Shown here: in pieces, positions 26,272 through 39,492 of the stretch
Numbering within the stretch: position 1 is the stretch's first letter
How the letters are laid out: every line of letters begins with the position of its first letter
Assembly (NCBI RefSeq): GCF_001194135.2
Contig: NC_068990.1
Coordinates: 87,091,420 to 87,148,026, forward strand
Source of the DNA: Octopus bimaculoides
Taxonomy: Eukaryota
Direction: 5' to 3'
DNA length: 56,607 nt
Program-made: the position numbers and the translations under genes
Notes under the pieces: generated by a model
What the model was told of the DNA's origin: nothing
Databases searched by the model: none
The model's input: only the letters and a program-made list of their open reading frames with translations

Positions 26272-27465
26272 ATATATAATATATATGTGTGTATATCTAT
26301 GTATGTATGTACATTCACAAACATACACACACACCCACACACACACACACACACTCTCTCTCTCTCTCTCTCTTACACACACACACATACTAGTATATCG
26401 GTAACGTCAAAAATGACGGCTCTTTAAAAGAAATAAGCTGAATCTAATAAATAACGAATGCCTAGACGTGTTACAGCACATTTACATACAGTTCATTTTT
26501 TTAAAATGTGTAGTATATTTTGTCAATAATCAATATAGCATGCGTTCCATCCACATATACATATCATTATATAATATCTTGTACATATAACTGTTACATA
26601 GACACATGCATAAATCACAACATTGAAGTTTTATTCAATGTACGTTTTCTGCATAAATTTGCTATGATTAATACCAGTTACTTCTCATCTGAAATATTGG
26701 GTTGGTGCATAATTATTGCGGCTTTTTGTCGAACAAATTTTATTCAACAAAAGCAATAACAACATGTAACAAAATCATCTTTAAGTGATTATTCCGGAGC
26801 ATATTCACCATCTATTTTAATTACTGCTTCTCGTTTGCTTGGCAGACAGTCAGACCTTTTTGTTGAATAAAATTTGTTGAAAAAAAGCCGCAATGATTAT
26901 GCACCAACCTAATATATTGCAATATTCAAAATATACTTATTTGCAATATACAAGTATAATATAAATTTCAAACGCTTCTGATCATAATTCTTATATTCTT
27001 TCATTTAATATTTTTATGAATATAGTTTGAAAGACATACGCTTGATATTACCATGCATAATTAAGCAAATCTTTTATTAATTTTTTTTTTTTTTCTGAAT
27101 AATCTGAGACGAGACTGATTTCTTTCTTTCGATGTATAACTCATACAATTCTTACTCCTAGCATAGACATAATGATTACATACATACATATATGCATATA
27201 TACATATATGCATATATGCATGAACACATGCACGCACGCACACAATTATACATGCATACAAGTATACAAACTTACATACATACATACATACATACATACT
27301 TACAGACATGCATAAATACAAACATTCATGCATACATATATATACATACATACATGCACGCATCCATCTATCCATCCATCCATACATACATACATACATA
27401 CATACATACATACATACATACATACATGCATGCATACATGCATACATACATACATACTTAATATT

Positions 27466-27540
27466 GAGGAACTATTGAGGAATTTACAACTATTTTATCC
27501 CGATTACAAGTTCAGGTTTATACCTGTAATTATTGGGGCC
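27466..27540 (+). mobile_element. Short RLE-type non-LTR retrotransposon ORF fragment
   Basis: Translates EELLRNLQLFYPDYKFRFIPVIIGA, resembling the PxxxGA(LG) segment near the C-terminus of restriction-like-endonuclease LINEs (compare IPIIVGALG at 40.98 kb). Confidence 0.55.
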
Positions 27541-28402
27541 CACACAGCCACTCCTGAAAACAGTCATCTATGTATCATACTATACATAAATTTGTTATAT
27601 GCATTTAACCGATTTTTATTCAAGCAGGCGGCTTTTCACAACAGCAGTTAATGTTTTTCATTATTTTCCTATATATCGGACAAAAAACAAACCTCATCTA
27701 TGCAGCCGGTGGCTGCTAGCAGGCACCATTGACAAGGCCTAACGAGGCTGAAATACATCTCTCGCCCTCGCTAGCAGTAGCTGGGACGGTTTTAGTGTGC
27801 CTCGGATATAAACTCCATGCCTTGTGCCAGAGTTTGAAACCAATATATTAAATTGAAGCTAAAATTTTTCAATAAATTCGCTTAAGGGAATAAGAAAGAA
27901 AGACAGTTGGAAGAGAAGTCGGTTGCGAGGAAGAAGAAGACCAATGTTTATAATATAGTAGGAAAAAGAACGAAGATGATAGGAAATTTTGAGGTGCAGT
28001 CTGTTGAGTTCCAGTTAGCTTTCTTATGTAGTTATAAATTGAAATCTATTTCGTGTAAAGTAGAATTAGTTTTATATATTTGGAATCTTTCAAGCAGGTG
28101 CGTAAGCACAACCAAAGAGGTGAAGCATGTATTCGGAAACAGGTCTCATACAAGTCATATTTTATGGTTTGTGCTGAAAGGTCACGTCTAGGCTTATTTT
28201 AAACACAGCAAGATATTTTATTGGTAAATATTGGTCATTATAAATGGGAAAAGGTTACGACATTTCGTGCTTATATATATATATATATGTGTGTGTGTGT
28301 TTGTGTGTGTGTATTTGTGTGTGTATATATATGTGTATGTATGCATATATGTATGCGGGTGTCTATATATGTATATGTAAATATACACATATATACGTAT
28401 GC

Positions 28403-28436
<34 letters not shown>

Positions 28437-29932
28437 ATATATACACATACATTTGCAAACATATTTCCATGTACATAAAAAACATACATATATATAGATG
28501 TATACAAGTACATATATGTAAAATAAAAGGACATACATTTATATACACGATTACTCATAAACATATGCACAGACAGGAATGTTCCAGCATCATACACGTA
28601 TACACACACAAACACACCTTTGTATCTCTGAGAATCTGAAATTCAAGACGTCGTCGAAAGCCTATCAATAACAGTACCAAAAATTATATCTTAAATAACA
28701 ACAAGAATAAAACAATGATCAGCAGTAATAGCACCAATTATTATATAGTATTCATATTAAAACCTATTCACCCAACTGAGTAAATACGGCCCTGTAGCTC
28801 TTACGGATATTTGCACTTGTTGCTTTTCCTGTATGCATTGTACTTGATTGACTGCCTTCGTCGTTGTGGCACTCATCATAATAATGCATTTTAGTGGTGA
28901 ATTTTTATTTCTAATTAGGTAAAACAAGGCAGTTTAAGGCTATAAATATTAAGATGAAAGTTATAAATCAGTGAATCAAAATGGATTTGTCAGCTTTCTT
29001 TTTTCATATTAAAAGAGACGTTGAAATTAAATATGGCGTTAGATTACAGTTACATGATAAATCTTTAATATTTCAAAGACAAACGTTAATTAAATTCTTG
29101 CAAAATCATGCAGTTTTTCATTTCTAGCACTGAACAAACCTTCGTGATATTCAGAATGAATGATATTATCATACGGATCTTCCTCGTCGTCGCAGTCCAT
29201 AATTATTGTTACTTTCTGTTACTTTCAGCATCATTGTTATCTTTCAGATAGTCATCTTCTGTACAACCAATCGAAATTCCAGATTCGTTGACTGATTTCT
29301 TAATAATATGAACTTTATTCCTTATTTATTCCTATTTTATTCCTTGTATTACTGATTCATTTGCACTTCAGAGGTAGTAATGAAGCACGTATTCTCTCTC
29401 ATTTCATGCATGAATTTTCCCATCAAACCACAACATACTGTACTTTATCCTTGTCGTAGCCTTAAATGGCAACATCTAATAGTTGCAGAACACTTGAATA
29501 TCTACTTGTGTGTGTTTTGTGATCCTACATTAACAACAACATCCATTAAAAGACGAGACCTAAACTGATCCTATACTGGAACATTATTTTCCTTCCATAA
29601 TCCACAACGCTCTAAATATCAAATTTCCTTCATCTGTTTTGTACATCAGCTTTGTTGAAGCTCATTTACAACTCTTTCGTTTGAAATTTCGCCTTTGACA
29701 GATTATTTTTTCTTTTAAAAGTATCCTAGTTTTAAGTTAGTACCATTTGGCATATAAGAAAGAAGTCGAGTAAATTTGCTTCCACACACACAGCGCTTCC
29801 CTTTTGCCTGTATCAAAACACGGATACACTCCTAAACCAGTGAACACACAACCCGGCTCCTTCCTTCTTTCTTACCCTCCCCCCACCCCGCACACACACA
29901 TAGAAGTGCATTTCCACCTGACCTCTAACCCT

Positions 29933-30097
29933 TGCTTAGCGGCATTTCGTCCGTCTCCACGTTCCGTCGAAATCGACATCGCATTTTATCCTTTTGAGGT
30001 CGATAAAATAAGTACCAGTTCAACACTGGGGTCGATATAATCGACTTACCCCCACTTCCACTAAACTGCTGGTCTTGTACCAACATTTCAAACCATT
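29933..30097 (+). mobile_element. 5'-truncated family C SINE
   Basis: cttagcggcatttcgtccg...gaggtcgataaaataagtaccagt...ctggggtcgatataatcgactta...ctggtcttgtacc. Confidence 0.8.
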
Positions 30098-30252
30098 ATT
30101 AATGGCTATATTTCTCTTTATGCGCTATGTAATAATACTTGTTTTTAAATTTCTCAAAACTTCAAAATGCGATAATACATGTGTATATGGGTGTGCATGT
30201 GCGTGTGTGTGTGTGTGCTTATGTGTGTGTGCGTGTGGATGTTTATATTGCG

Positions 30253-30326
<74 letters not shown>

Positions 30327-31170
30327 CATACAGCTATAAGTATGTCTGTGTCTGATTGAGTATCATGTAAGCAGGTGCATTTTAAGAGTTGGCAGATCTC
30401 AATAAAAGCACTGATGTAACTTGCATGAAAGTAAAAAATAGTAAGTAATATCAGCTGAGAAATTGGTAATAAACTGAACCGAACTAACAAGAAGGTCGGC
30501 CATGAAATAATGCTTAAAATTACGTACAAACAGTAATGGCTACCACTGTGAGTTTCGTGACGAATGTTTTGTAAGACTGCTTTTACGACACATTAATGGG
30601 AGGCTCCAGGTAGCTGGACGAAACTATAATGCTTGGCCAGCAGCCATTTTTTTTCTTTGAAAATATAATCATACTGATGTTACTTGGTCCTTACTAACTA
30701 TCAATTCAACTCAGAACTAGATATGTGGTTCTAGGAAGGCATTTTAATACATTTCTCTACATCTACCTACTTACTGTTGAACACGATCCAACTACATGTC
30801 ATATTTTTCACTTAGTGTTCTTTGTCTTAAGTTTTGTAATTCTTTTTGTCGATGTTGTTGTCGGTGCGGCTGTAGTGCTTTGCCTTCTGCTTCTTGTTAT
30901 TGCTTTAGTTTTGTTCTTCATGTTGGTGGCGGTAGAGATCTGTGTCTTTTCTTTTTATTTTGATTCCTGTTACTCTTATCTTTATTGCGTGCTTTCACTG
31001 CACAACTGAGTTGGTTGCATACGTGTATAATTTTTGTGCTATTTTATTATATAGAAAGTACTCTGCCTAATGTGTGCTTAGTGTCTGGCAGCGCTGCTGT
31101 CTTTATGTCGTGGATATCTATTTCCTAGGGTTTACGTTATATAATTGTTTACATATATTTCGCATTTCTA

Positions 31171-31345
31171 TGGTAGCGAGCTGGCCGAATCGTTAGCACG
31201 TCGGACAGTGTTTAGTGGCATTTCTTCCAAACTCTGAGTTCAAGTACCTCCGAGGTCGACATTGCTTTTTATCGTTCTGAGGTCGATTCAGTCGACTTTC
31301 CACCACCTCACTTAAAATGGCGGCCTTATGCCCAAGTTTGAATCT
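31171..31345 (+). mobile_element. Family C SINE with internal deletion
   Basis: ggtagcgagctggccgaatcgttagcacg...ctgagttcaagt...gaggtcgac...ggccttatgcccaagtttgaa. Confidence 0.8.
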
Positions 31346-31584
31346 GTTTCGAGGAATTCTTCTGGATATAATATTATCAAATTTCACGCTATAAAAAAAA
31401 GCATTTATTTACTATTTCCTATCATTTCTATGAAATCCATACAGTCATTTTTGTATATATATATATACATGTGTATATATNNNNNNNNNNNNNNNNNNNN
31501 NNNNNNNNNNNNNNNNNNNNNNNNNNNNNNNNNNNNNNNNNNNNNNNNNNNNNNNNNNNNNNTATATATATATATATATATTAC

Positions 31585-31629
<45 letters not shown>

Positions 31630-32105
31630 CATCATCATCATCATTATTATTGTTATTATTATTTATTAAATCGCATTTCTTTGATTCCTCTACCGACTTT
31701 TCTCATTTTTGTTCTTGGTTTCCTACTTTATGAAACATTTCCAAATATCTACACCTATTTCTGTATGTATTTATACACACATACATAAATACATACATAT
31801 ATACACACATTCATATACATACATATATATATCATATATCATATACATATACTTATAAATATATATATCATAAAACATAAATATATGTGTGTGTGTATGT
31901 GTGTATCTATTTACATTTACACATGTATATATAAATATACATGCATCATATGTGTGTGTGGATGTATATGTGTTTGTATGTATGTATATATGTATATATT
32001 ACACACATTTTATTTCCTTTCTTTACACGAATTAAAACTCTTAGAAATGCTACAATATTGTAAACTAATTTGATAAAAATCTTTGGTTTTTCTCTTTTTA
32101 TGTAG

Positions 32106-32182
32106 AATGGAGCGGAGAAAATGACAGCGAATTCATTACGTCCGATGAGGAAGCGAGTGAAGAGAAAGAAAGTCTTCTTTGA
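32106..32182 (+). CDS. Terminal coding exon, gene 1 (phase 1; EWSGENDSEFITSDEEASEEKESLL*)
   Basis: Strong acceptor ctttggtttttctctttttatgtag; continues the frame and acidic composition of exon 21395-21532 (TTT G|AA TGG); TGA at 32180-32182. Confidence 0.65.
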
Positions 32183-33419
32183 AAAAGGAAGTAAAGACAG
32201 TTAAAATACAGGATAAGAACACACACATTCCATACACACACACACACACTCGTACACACGCGAACACCTATACACATACACACAGAGAACAAAATTTAAA
32301 AGTTTACAAAAACAGCAACCAAGTATAAATAATATACGTCGGACTGATAAAAAAAAAAACAGCGTTCGTTGAGTTTTTGCTTATATTTTCAAATTTTTTT
32401 TCCGTGTTGGTGTTTGTGTGTGTGTGTGTGTGTGTGGTAGAGAGAGAGAGAAAGTATGTGTGTGTGTGTGAGTGTATGTGTGTGAATATGTACGAAGTTG
32501 TGCGTGTGCGAGAGCGTATGCACGTATTTGTAAAACCATGTGTGTAAGAGCGTGTGTGAATTTATGCGTTTGTGTATGGCCTGCGGATGGAGACAGTATG
32601 TCATAAGATGTGTAAAAAAAAAAACAGAGCGTGACTGAACTGAGATAACTATTGGAAAGTTAGTGCAACAAAAACAATAAAACCAACAACAACCACAGCA
32701 ACAGCAGCAACAACAACAACAACAAACGAGATATTTATTTTATCTATCCTTTTTTTCTCTCAGTCCTGTAGCTGTATTTTACCATTATTTTCGCTTACCT
32801 AATAAACTATTCAATGTATGTATGCAGAAATCTGTTTCTTTGATTTGATTTGATTTCGTTGTTAATGTTGTTGTTTTATTGATTTATCGACTTTTCTTTT
32901 CTTCTACAAGTCGGTGTCCCCCCACCATTTTTTTTTCTAATTTATATATATATTTTTTTTCGCTGGTTTATTTTCTCTTTCTTGGACACTCTTCACGATT
33001 TACAAAAGGGATTCGATGTAATTGTTCAAGTTCCATTTGTTGAACACCATGAAATAGCTATAAAATGTTCGAGCCTTTACTATAACTATCTCACTATTTG
33101 TAAGTTTTAAAGCGAGAGAAAGCTTCCATAAATAAATAGGAAATAAAGAGAACGTACACACATTGGACATTGTATACAAAGCAAACTTGGGCATTAAATA
33201 CATTTCCAATATGTTACCGGCTTCGTAGCATTTCCAGTCCGATTATGACCGCGTAGGACTGTGTCAAACGATGGAGATATTTTCTTATTTATCTTAGAAT
33301 TGCTTCTTTACATTCTGTTACGAATGTAAGAAACGAATGATTTTGTCAGCTGAATTATTGGTGAATTACATATTGCTGGTAATTCGATGGCATACATCAT
33401 ATCTATATTAAATTATATT

Positions 33420-33453
<34 letters not shown>

Positions 33454-33475
33454 GATGGATAGATAGATAGATAGA

Positions 33476-33510
<35 letters not shown>

Positions 33511-33511
<1 letters not shown>

Positions 33512-33563
33512 TTCTTTCATTCTTTTACTCGTTTCAGTCATTTGATTGCGGTCATACTAGAGT
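33511..33563 (-). mobile_element. Family A SINE tail fragment
   Basis: cttttactcgtttcagtcatttgattgcggtcatactagag is the reverse complement of the A 3' end. Confidence 0.7.
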
Positions 33564-33584
33564 ATATATGTAAGTATGTATGTA

Positions 33585-33770
33585 TATGGGAGAATTTACG
33601 AAAAAAACAACAACAGACGAGGACAAGTGGTGTAGACAACAAAAGGATGTATTAGTTTAACGCTCGGGAATACAGAAAGTCTTTAACGTTTCGAGCTACG
33701 CTCTTCAACAGAAAGAATACGGAGAAAACACGGAGAAAAACACGGAGAAAAACACGGAGAAAAAAAATTG
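33585..33770 (-). mobile_element. Penelope-like element terminal repeat (may extend to about 34240)
   Basis: Contains a hammerhead motif and shares flank architecture with 39490-39680 (aaaaaacaacaac.g..aggac..gtggt...ttaacgtttcgagc..gctcttc); 12-bp CACGGAGAAAAA tandem at about 33718-33765. Confidence 0.7.
33680..33716 (-). ncRNA. Minimal type I hammerhead ribozyme motif (core variant)
   Basis: RNA: UCUUU CUGUUGA A GAGC GUA GCUC GAA AC GU U AAAGA. Perfect 5-bp stem I, 4-bp stem II, palindromic ACGU stem III, cleavage triplet GUU; core position A6 is U. Confidence 0.65.
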
Positions 33771-34289
33771 AATGTTTTGGTCAGCGATTAATCATGGATA
33801 ATGATTCAGGTCATGGTGAAGGTTTTGCGAGCTCCTATGACATTGAGAGCAATGTCGCCGTAAGGACAACCATTCGTGGTCATGTGGAAGACGTAAATAC
33901 AAATACTAACAAAATACGACCAATCCCATCCCTTGAAAAAAACAACTCAACGTCGGAGCAAGCGGCTGTAGACAACAATTCGATCTGGTGAAGAAGGGCT
34001 ATGCAAGATGGACCAGCTAAGAATGCCTTAATCAAGATTACAACCGAGTCAGCGGCAGACCGTTATCATCTTATCGCTGATACTGCTTGTTTCACGCTAC
34101 GTATGCCGTGGATGTTGCGTGAGTCGTTCCTTCGGAAGTTGAGATTTATTGAAAATATATCCACATTGTTGGCATTTTTCCAGCCGATATTTCCTCCAAC
34201 AAAAGAAATTGAAATTCTCCAAGAGGAGAGAGAGCTGATGTTGTGTGTGTGTGTGAGCATCTAAATTCATATATGTGCGTATGTGCGTA

Positions 34290-34339
<50 letters not shown>

Positions 34340-34488
34340 ACCATATAGAAAAACATATATGTGTATATATATGTTTATATTTCTATATATGTACATATGC
34401 GTGCGTGTGTGTTCTTATGGATATGTGCGTGTATAAACATNNNNNNNNNNNNNNNNNNNNNNNNNNNNNNNNNNNNNNNNNNNNNNNN

Positions 34489-34534
<46 letters not shown>

Positions 34535-34869
34535 ACATATATATTGACGTATATATATGCATGTATATTTATATTAGTATGTGTATATGTCTATGTGTGT
34601 GTGTTTGCATACACATCTATATATATATATATATATTCTTCACTTTACTCTTTTACTTGCTTCAGCCATATGTACATGGATATGTGTGTGTGCGTGTGTG
34701 GTGTATACGTGTGTATGTGCGTGCAGAAATGTGTGCGTGCGCGCGCATGCCCCAGTCCGATAGACTGAAACCAAGTACAAGAAGATGCAAGAATATAAAT
34801 GGGTGTAGACAGAGAGAGACAGACAGACAGACTTACTAACAGACAGATAGATAGAAAGTAGATAGATAA

Positions 34870-34928
<59 letters not shown>

Positions 34929-35357
34929 TTCAAATATACACATACATATGTGTGTGCGTGTGGGTGCGTATGCGCATCTGTGTACAATATGGAAAACAAT
35001 GGCATCCATCACTTTCACTGATGTCTCTATTAAGAATTCATCATACTTCCTTATTTATTTACATTGTAATTTCAACTTCAAATATCTCAGATTGATTGAT
35101 ATTTGAAGAGCTTTGCTGTCTTCAGCAGCTACAAGTGCTATATAGATGTCATTAATGCCATTATACAGTAATCCTGGATCTTGAATCTTGCCAATATTGT
35201 TGTATCTATATTTTTCACTCATTAAATCTAGACCTTTAATTATCTGACCCTTGATATCAGCTTTCTCTCGAATATATATGAACAGAATCGTCGAGTGTCG
35301 AATCCTGTTGTGAGTGTGATAGGTGTTATAAACTTGCCTGTTCTACATGTTTGATGT

Positions 35358-35736
35358 GGAGGTGCAATGGCCCAGTAGTTAGGGTAGCGGACTCGCGGTC
35401 GTAGGATCGCAGTTTCGATTCCCACACCGAGCGTTGTGAGTGTTTATTGAGCGAAAACACTTAAAGCTCCACGAGGCTCCGGCAGGTGGGGGTGGCAAAC
35501 CCTGCCGTACTCTTTCACCACACATTTCTCTCACTCTTTCTTCTTCTTTCTCTTGTACCTGTATTTCAAAGGGCCAACCTTGTCACACTCTGTGTCACGC
35601 TGAATCTTCCCGAGAACTACGTTAAGGGTATACGTGTCTGTGGAGTGCTCAGCCACTTGTACGTTAATTTCACGAGCAGGCTGTTCCGTTAATCGGCTCA
35701 ACTGGAACCCTCGTCGCCGCAACCGACGGAATGCCA
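35358..35736 (+). mobile_element. Full-length tRNA-derived SINE (B' head, family B tail)
   Basis: GGAGGTGCAATGGCCCAGTAGTTAGGG...TTTCGATTCCC head; tail 35555-35736 closely matches 7064-7241; imperfect flanking repeat CATGTTTGATGT / CATATTTGATAT (10 of 12 match). Confidence 0.9.
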
Positions 35737-35825
35737 CATATTTGATATAAAAATTGAACAGTTTTAGTGCAATATTTCTCTGTACGTTTGTAACTGTGTT
35801 AAATTTGTTACAATTTTCTTTTCAG

Positions 35826-35881
35826 ATTCTAGACACCCACAACAGGGATTGCTTGTCTATGACCTCATAACTTTCAATTGA
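35826..35881 (+). CDS. Candidate alternative terminal exon, gene 1 (phase 1; DSRHPQQGLLVYDLITFN*)
   Basis: Very strong acceptor tttgttacaattttcttttcag; phase-compatible with exon 21395-21532. Confidence 0.35.
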
Positions 35882-36129
35882 TTCCTTGTACTTCTTATAT
35901 GAGACTATACAGTATCCGTGCTTAGTATGCAGAACGCAGGTGCTTTCCCTCAATATCGTTGGAGTATTTATTTGTTGAGTTAAATATTTAACTAAAGTAT
36001 TAGCATTCTTAACACTTATTTGTGTGTTTTGGTTCGTTTCTTTTTCTGCTTGTGTTATATTTATGTCCCTCTGATATGAACTTTAATGTAACAAGTCACT
36101 AAATATCATGAATACGAGAGGAAGCTTAC

Positions 36130-36320
36130 ACACGGTTGTCCAGCCTACCAGAATAGCAACCAAATCTCTCTCAAATCAAACGTTACCGTCTTCTAAAGGA
36201 AACATCGGACAATGTTGTCTTAATACACAAAATGTCTGTATGATCACAGTTAAAACGCCATTGATCATAAATCTGTTCAATCGATAATGATTTAGGGTTA
36301 GACAACCATAACAACGACAA
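36130..36320 (+). mobile_element. Family D repeat
   Basis: ggttgtccagcctaccagaatagcaaccaaatctctctcaaatca...ttgatcataaatctg...tagggttagacaacc..acaac. Confidence 0.65.
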
Positions 36321-36631
36321 CTCAATGTCAATATTTAATAATTTGGCCATTGTTCTTAGGTTTATTTCAATAGTCTTTAAACTGTTTCGCCCTGGTGTCT
36401 GGTTTGTAGTTATTGTGAGCGTGCTCTAGTCGTGTGTTGTTGGCTTTATTATCACACAAGCAATATGCAAGGGCTTGTCACAAGCCACTATTTATTATAA
36501 TAATCATAACCAGACAGAAAATCAGATGACGAAATATGACGTTATCTTATGCTAATAATATGAAAGGCGTAAATAAAATGAGAGGCGTATTTGATTCTCT
36601 TTATTACTTTATTAATTCTGTAATAGTGAAC

Positions 36632-36850
36632 GTACGTGGCCTAGTGATTAATATGCTTGGTTCATGAACACAGAGCCGTAAGTTCAAATCAGGAACTGAG
36701 TGTTCGAATCACATTGTTCCAATTTATTCTGATGTAACGAGTTCCATCTGGGTACTAGTGCAGCTCTTTCTTCCCCTAGCATTTACATCCGGGGTGTTCC
36801 CTTTCGGTCAAAGGAGAAAATTCCGAGAGGTTATCTGTGTCTACTCGCAG
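36632..36850 (+). mobile_element. Old tRNA-headed SINE-like remnant
   Basis: gtggcctagtgattaa...gtaagttcaaatc gives A/B-box-like spacing; the remainder is heavily decayed. Confidence 0.35.
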
Positions 36851-37489
36851 CTACATAATTGGCAAAAATTTAGTGAAAGCATGGTGCATGTTACAAAGCC
36901 ATAATTGATAATTGCACATAATATTGGACACATTGACAATCATCGTCACAAAAATTCCAGTGATTTTAGTAAAGATTATATAAGAGGGTTATGGTGGTCC
37001 TGTATTTATAAAACAATTTACATTAATGTAATTGACATATATGAATAATAAACACTCTCTTGCTACGCTATTTATACATTATCTACAAAAAATGTATTTT
37101 TCATTTTAAAATGAATTTAAACACCAGACTTGAAGTAATCAAATTATTTATAATTTTTTTTAAAAACTGAATGTCGATAGATGTGAAGTATAAATTTTCT
37201 GTGTCTAAGTGGAATACTTCAATTCGATAAACCAAATTTTTGATTGAAGGGCGTTATTTTTCTTTATTAATGGTTTTCTTTCGGTTACACAAAACCAAAT
37301 GAAACTAAAATAGAACATTAGCTAATAAAACAACGTATATATATATATGCATATATGTATATATATGTGTGTGTGCGTGTGTGTGTGTGTAAAATGTGTA
37401 TGTATATACATATATATATGTATACATACATATGTGTATATATATATATATATTTATATACATACATATATGTATACATATATATATAT

Positions 37490-37520
<31 letters not shown>

Positions 37521-37597
37521 CATGCCACCACCTGACAAATATGTTGCTTTAGATACACAGTTTTTTACAACTGGATGCACATATTTAGCATTCGTTA

Positions 37598-37798
37598 GGC
37601 TGGTTGAATGGTTAGCACGCTTACTAGTATTTCGTCCGGCCTTACGTTCTGAGTTCAAATTCCGCCCAGGTCGACTTTGCATTTCATCCTCTCGGGGTAG
37701 AAAAATAAGTACCAGATGAGGACTGGTGTCGATGTAATCGACTAGACACTACCCCCACCCCACCCCAATTGCTGGCCTTGTGCCAAAATTTGAAATCC
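37598..37798 (+). mobile_element. Family C SINE
   Basis: gttagcacg...tatttcgtccggccttacgttctgagttcaaattccgcccaggtcgactttgc...aaataagtaccag...gctggccttgtgccaaaatttgaaa. Confidence 0.85.
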
Positions 37799-39121
37799 AT
37801 ATTTAGTAGTTGATACTGTTGCTAATGTAAATTATAGGAACACTGCATAATTATCAAGATGCATAACAACGGACACCACGAAGCTTTCGTTACGCGTTTG
37901 TAACTCACATGCTGGTTTCGCAGGAGATCATGCCCTACGTGCAGCCTTTTTAAACACGTGATCTATGTTTCATTTGTTTTTGATGCCTTTGTTTATTCGT
38001 AATCCCATAAACTATTGCTCTTCTAAATGCAATCTTTTCTTTAAAACTCATCATATTTATTGCAACAAAAAAAAAACAGTGGAAAAAGAAACAAACAAAA
38101 ATGAACGTAAACTAAATAAATAGTAAAATCTATGCTGCAAGGCAAAATATTAACAACGACAACAACAGTAATAGTAGCACAAATAAAACAAAGAGCAATT
38201 TTAATTGAAACAATGATTGTTATGCGAAGAGAAGTGGTATTTAGCACTAACTACAACATTGATTAAACGAAGCGACTGTCCATTTTTTAAAAAGTTTATC
38301 GATTATATAAAAGTCTTTAGAAAATTTACACGTTCACTATTCTTATAAATATAGCTGCATAAAAGCTATATTATAACATAAAATCGAATTACAGTTTCAC
38401 TTTATTATTTTGATTTTTTTTTTTTTATATATTTATCCCCATCAACGCAAATCTCTATTGAACCCCTCTTAAACCACACTTCATGGTTGTTGTTCATTAA
38501 TCGGCTTTTAAGAGATAATTATTATTTTTTTTTTCGCCATTATTTATTTAAATTTCCTTGGTGTTATAGCTAAATTAACTTTCAATATATGACGAACTAT
38601 TGTTCATCACGGTCTTTATAACGGCCATTAACCTGCGAAACGAAAGCATGCGAATACCGCCATTTTTCTATTGTTGGGTTTCCTACAGAACTTCTCTGCG
38701 GTTATTTCCTTTGTAGCTGTTCATATTAATAGATTTCGTTGTTGTTTTAGTATTCTTGTTTTAGTTGTAATATTTCGTTCTACTTCGCTGTTCACTGGTT
38801 TCCAGTCGAGGGTACTTTATAGCAGTGCATTTTCGGAGTATAACTATGATGCTGTTGACGACGATGACGATATGGTGATGATAATGATGATGAGGAAGGG
38901 GAGGAGGAGGAGGAGGAGGAGGAGGAGGAGGAAGTGGTGGTGGTGCTGTTGGTGGTGGTGGTGGTGGTGGTGGTGTCGATGTCAGCGCTGGAACTGGTTG
39001 TGCTGGTGACCTTTGGAAGTTATCAATTATCAAACTCAAGATAGCGGAACTAATGCAGTTAATAAAAAGCCATAGGTGCTTTATTTCGCTTCCCTTTTTT
39101 TTTCTTTAATGGATAAATCAG

Positions 39122-39294
39122 AAGATAAAAAAAAAGCGACGCCCATAACCTTTTACAGCATATTTGAGGTTGGTGTGAGGAAAGGAAGAGACGTTATCAT
39201 CAAATCAGAGACTGGTCCTAACGTTTACAACACTGCCGACTTCATTCAAGCCACCCAAGGGGAAGGTGGCGCTGTTGAAACGGAAATGAATTAA
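39122..39294 (+). CDS. Weak candidate terminal exon (phase 1; EDKKKATPITFYSIFEVGVRKGRDVIIKSETGPNVYNTADFIQATQGEGGAVETEMN*)
   Basis: Non-repetitive open frame after a pyrimidine tract (ttccctttttttttctttaatggataaatcag); no homology recognised. Confidence 0.25.
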
Positions 39295-39406
39295 ATCTAA
39301 CAAAAAGACAGGAGCATCCATCAAGTATCTGCTTCCAAATTACACTTAGATGTCATTGGTCAAGAGAAAGTTTTGATAGAAGGTAATGACACCATACACA
39401 CACACG

Positions 39407-39489
<83 letters not shown>

Positions 39490-39492
<3 letters not shown>

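Noticed and set aside
29246-29289. Another phase-1 acceptor giving DSHLLYNQSKFQIR*, with an acidic stretch on the opposite strand
   Set aside because: Short and broken by stops on the - strand; indistinguishable from chance or a TE remnant.
38761-39039. Proline-rich - strand ORF (PPPP…HHH)
   Set aside because: It is built from GAT, GGA and GGT trinucleotide repeats, with no supporting splice structure.
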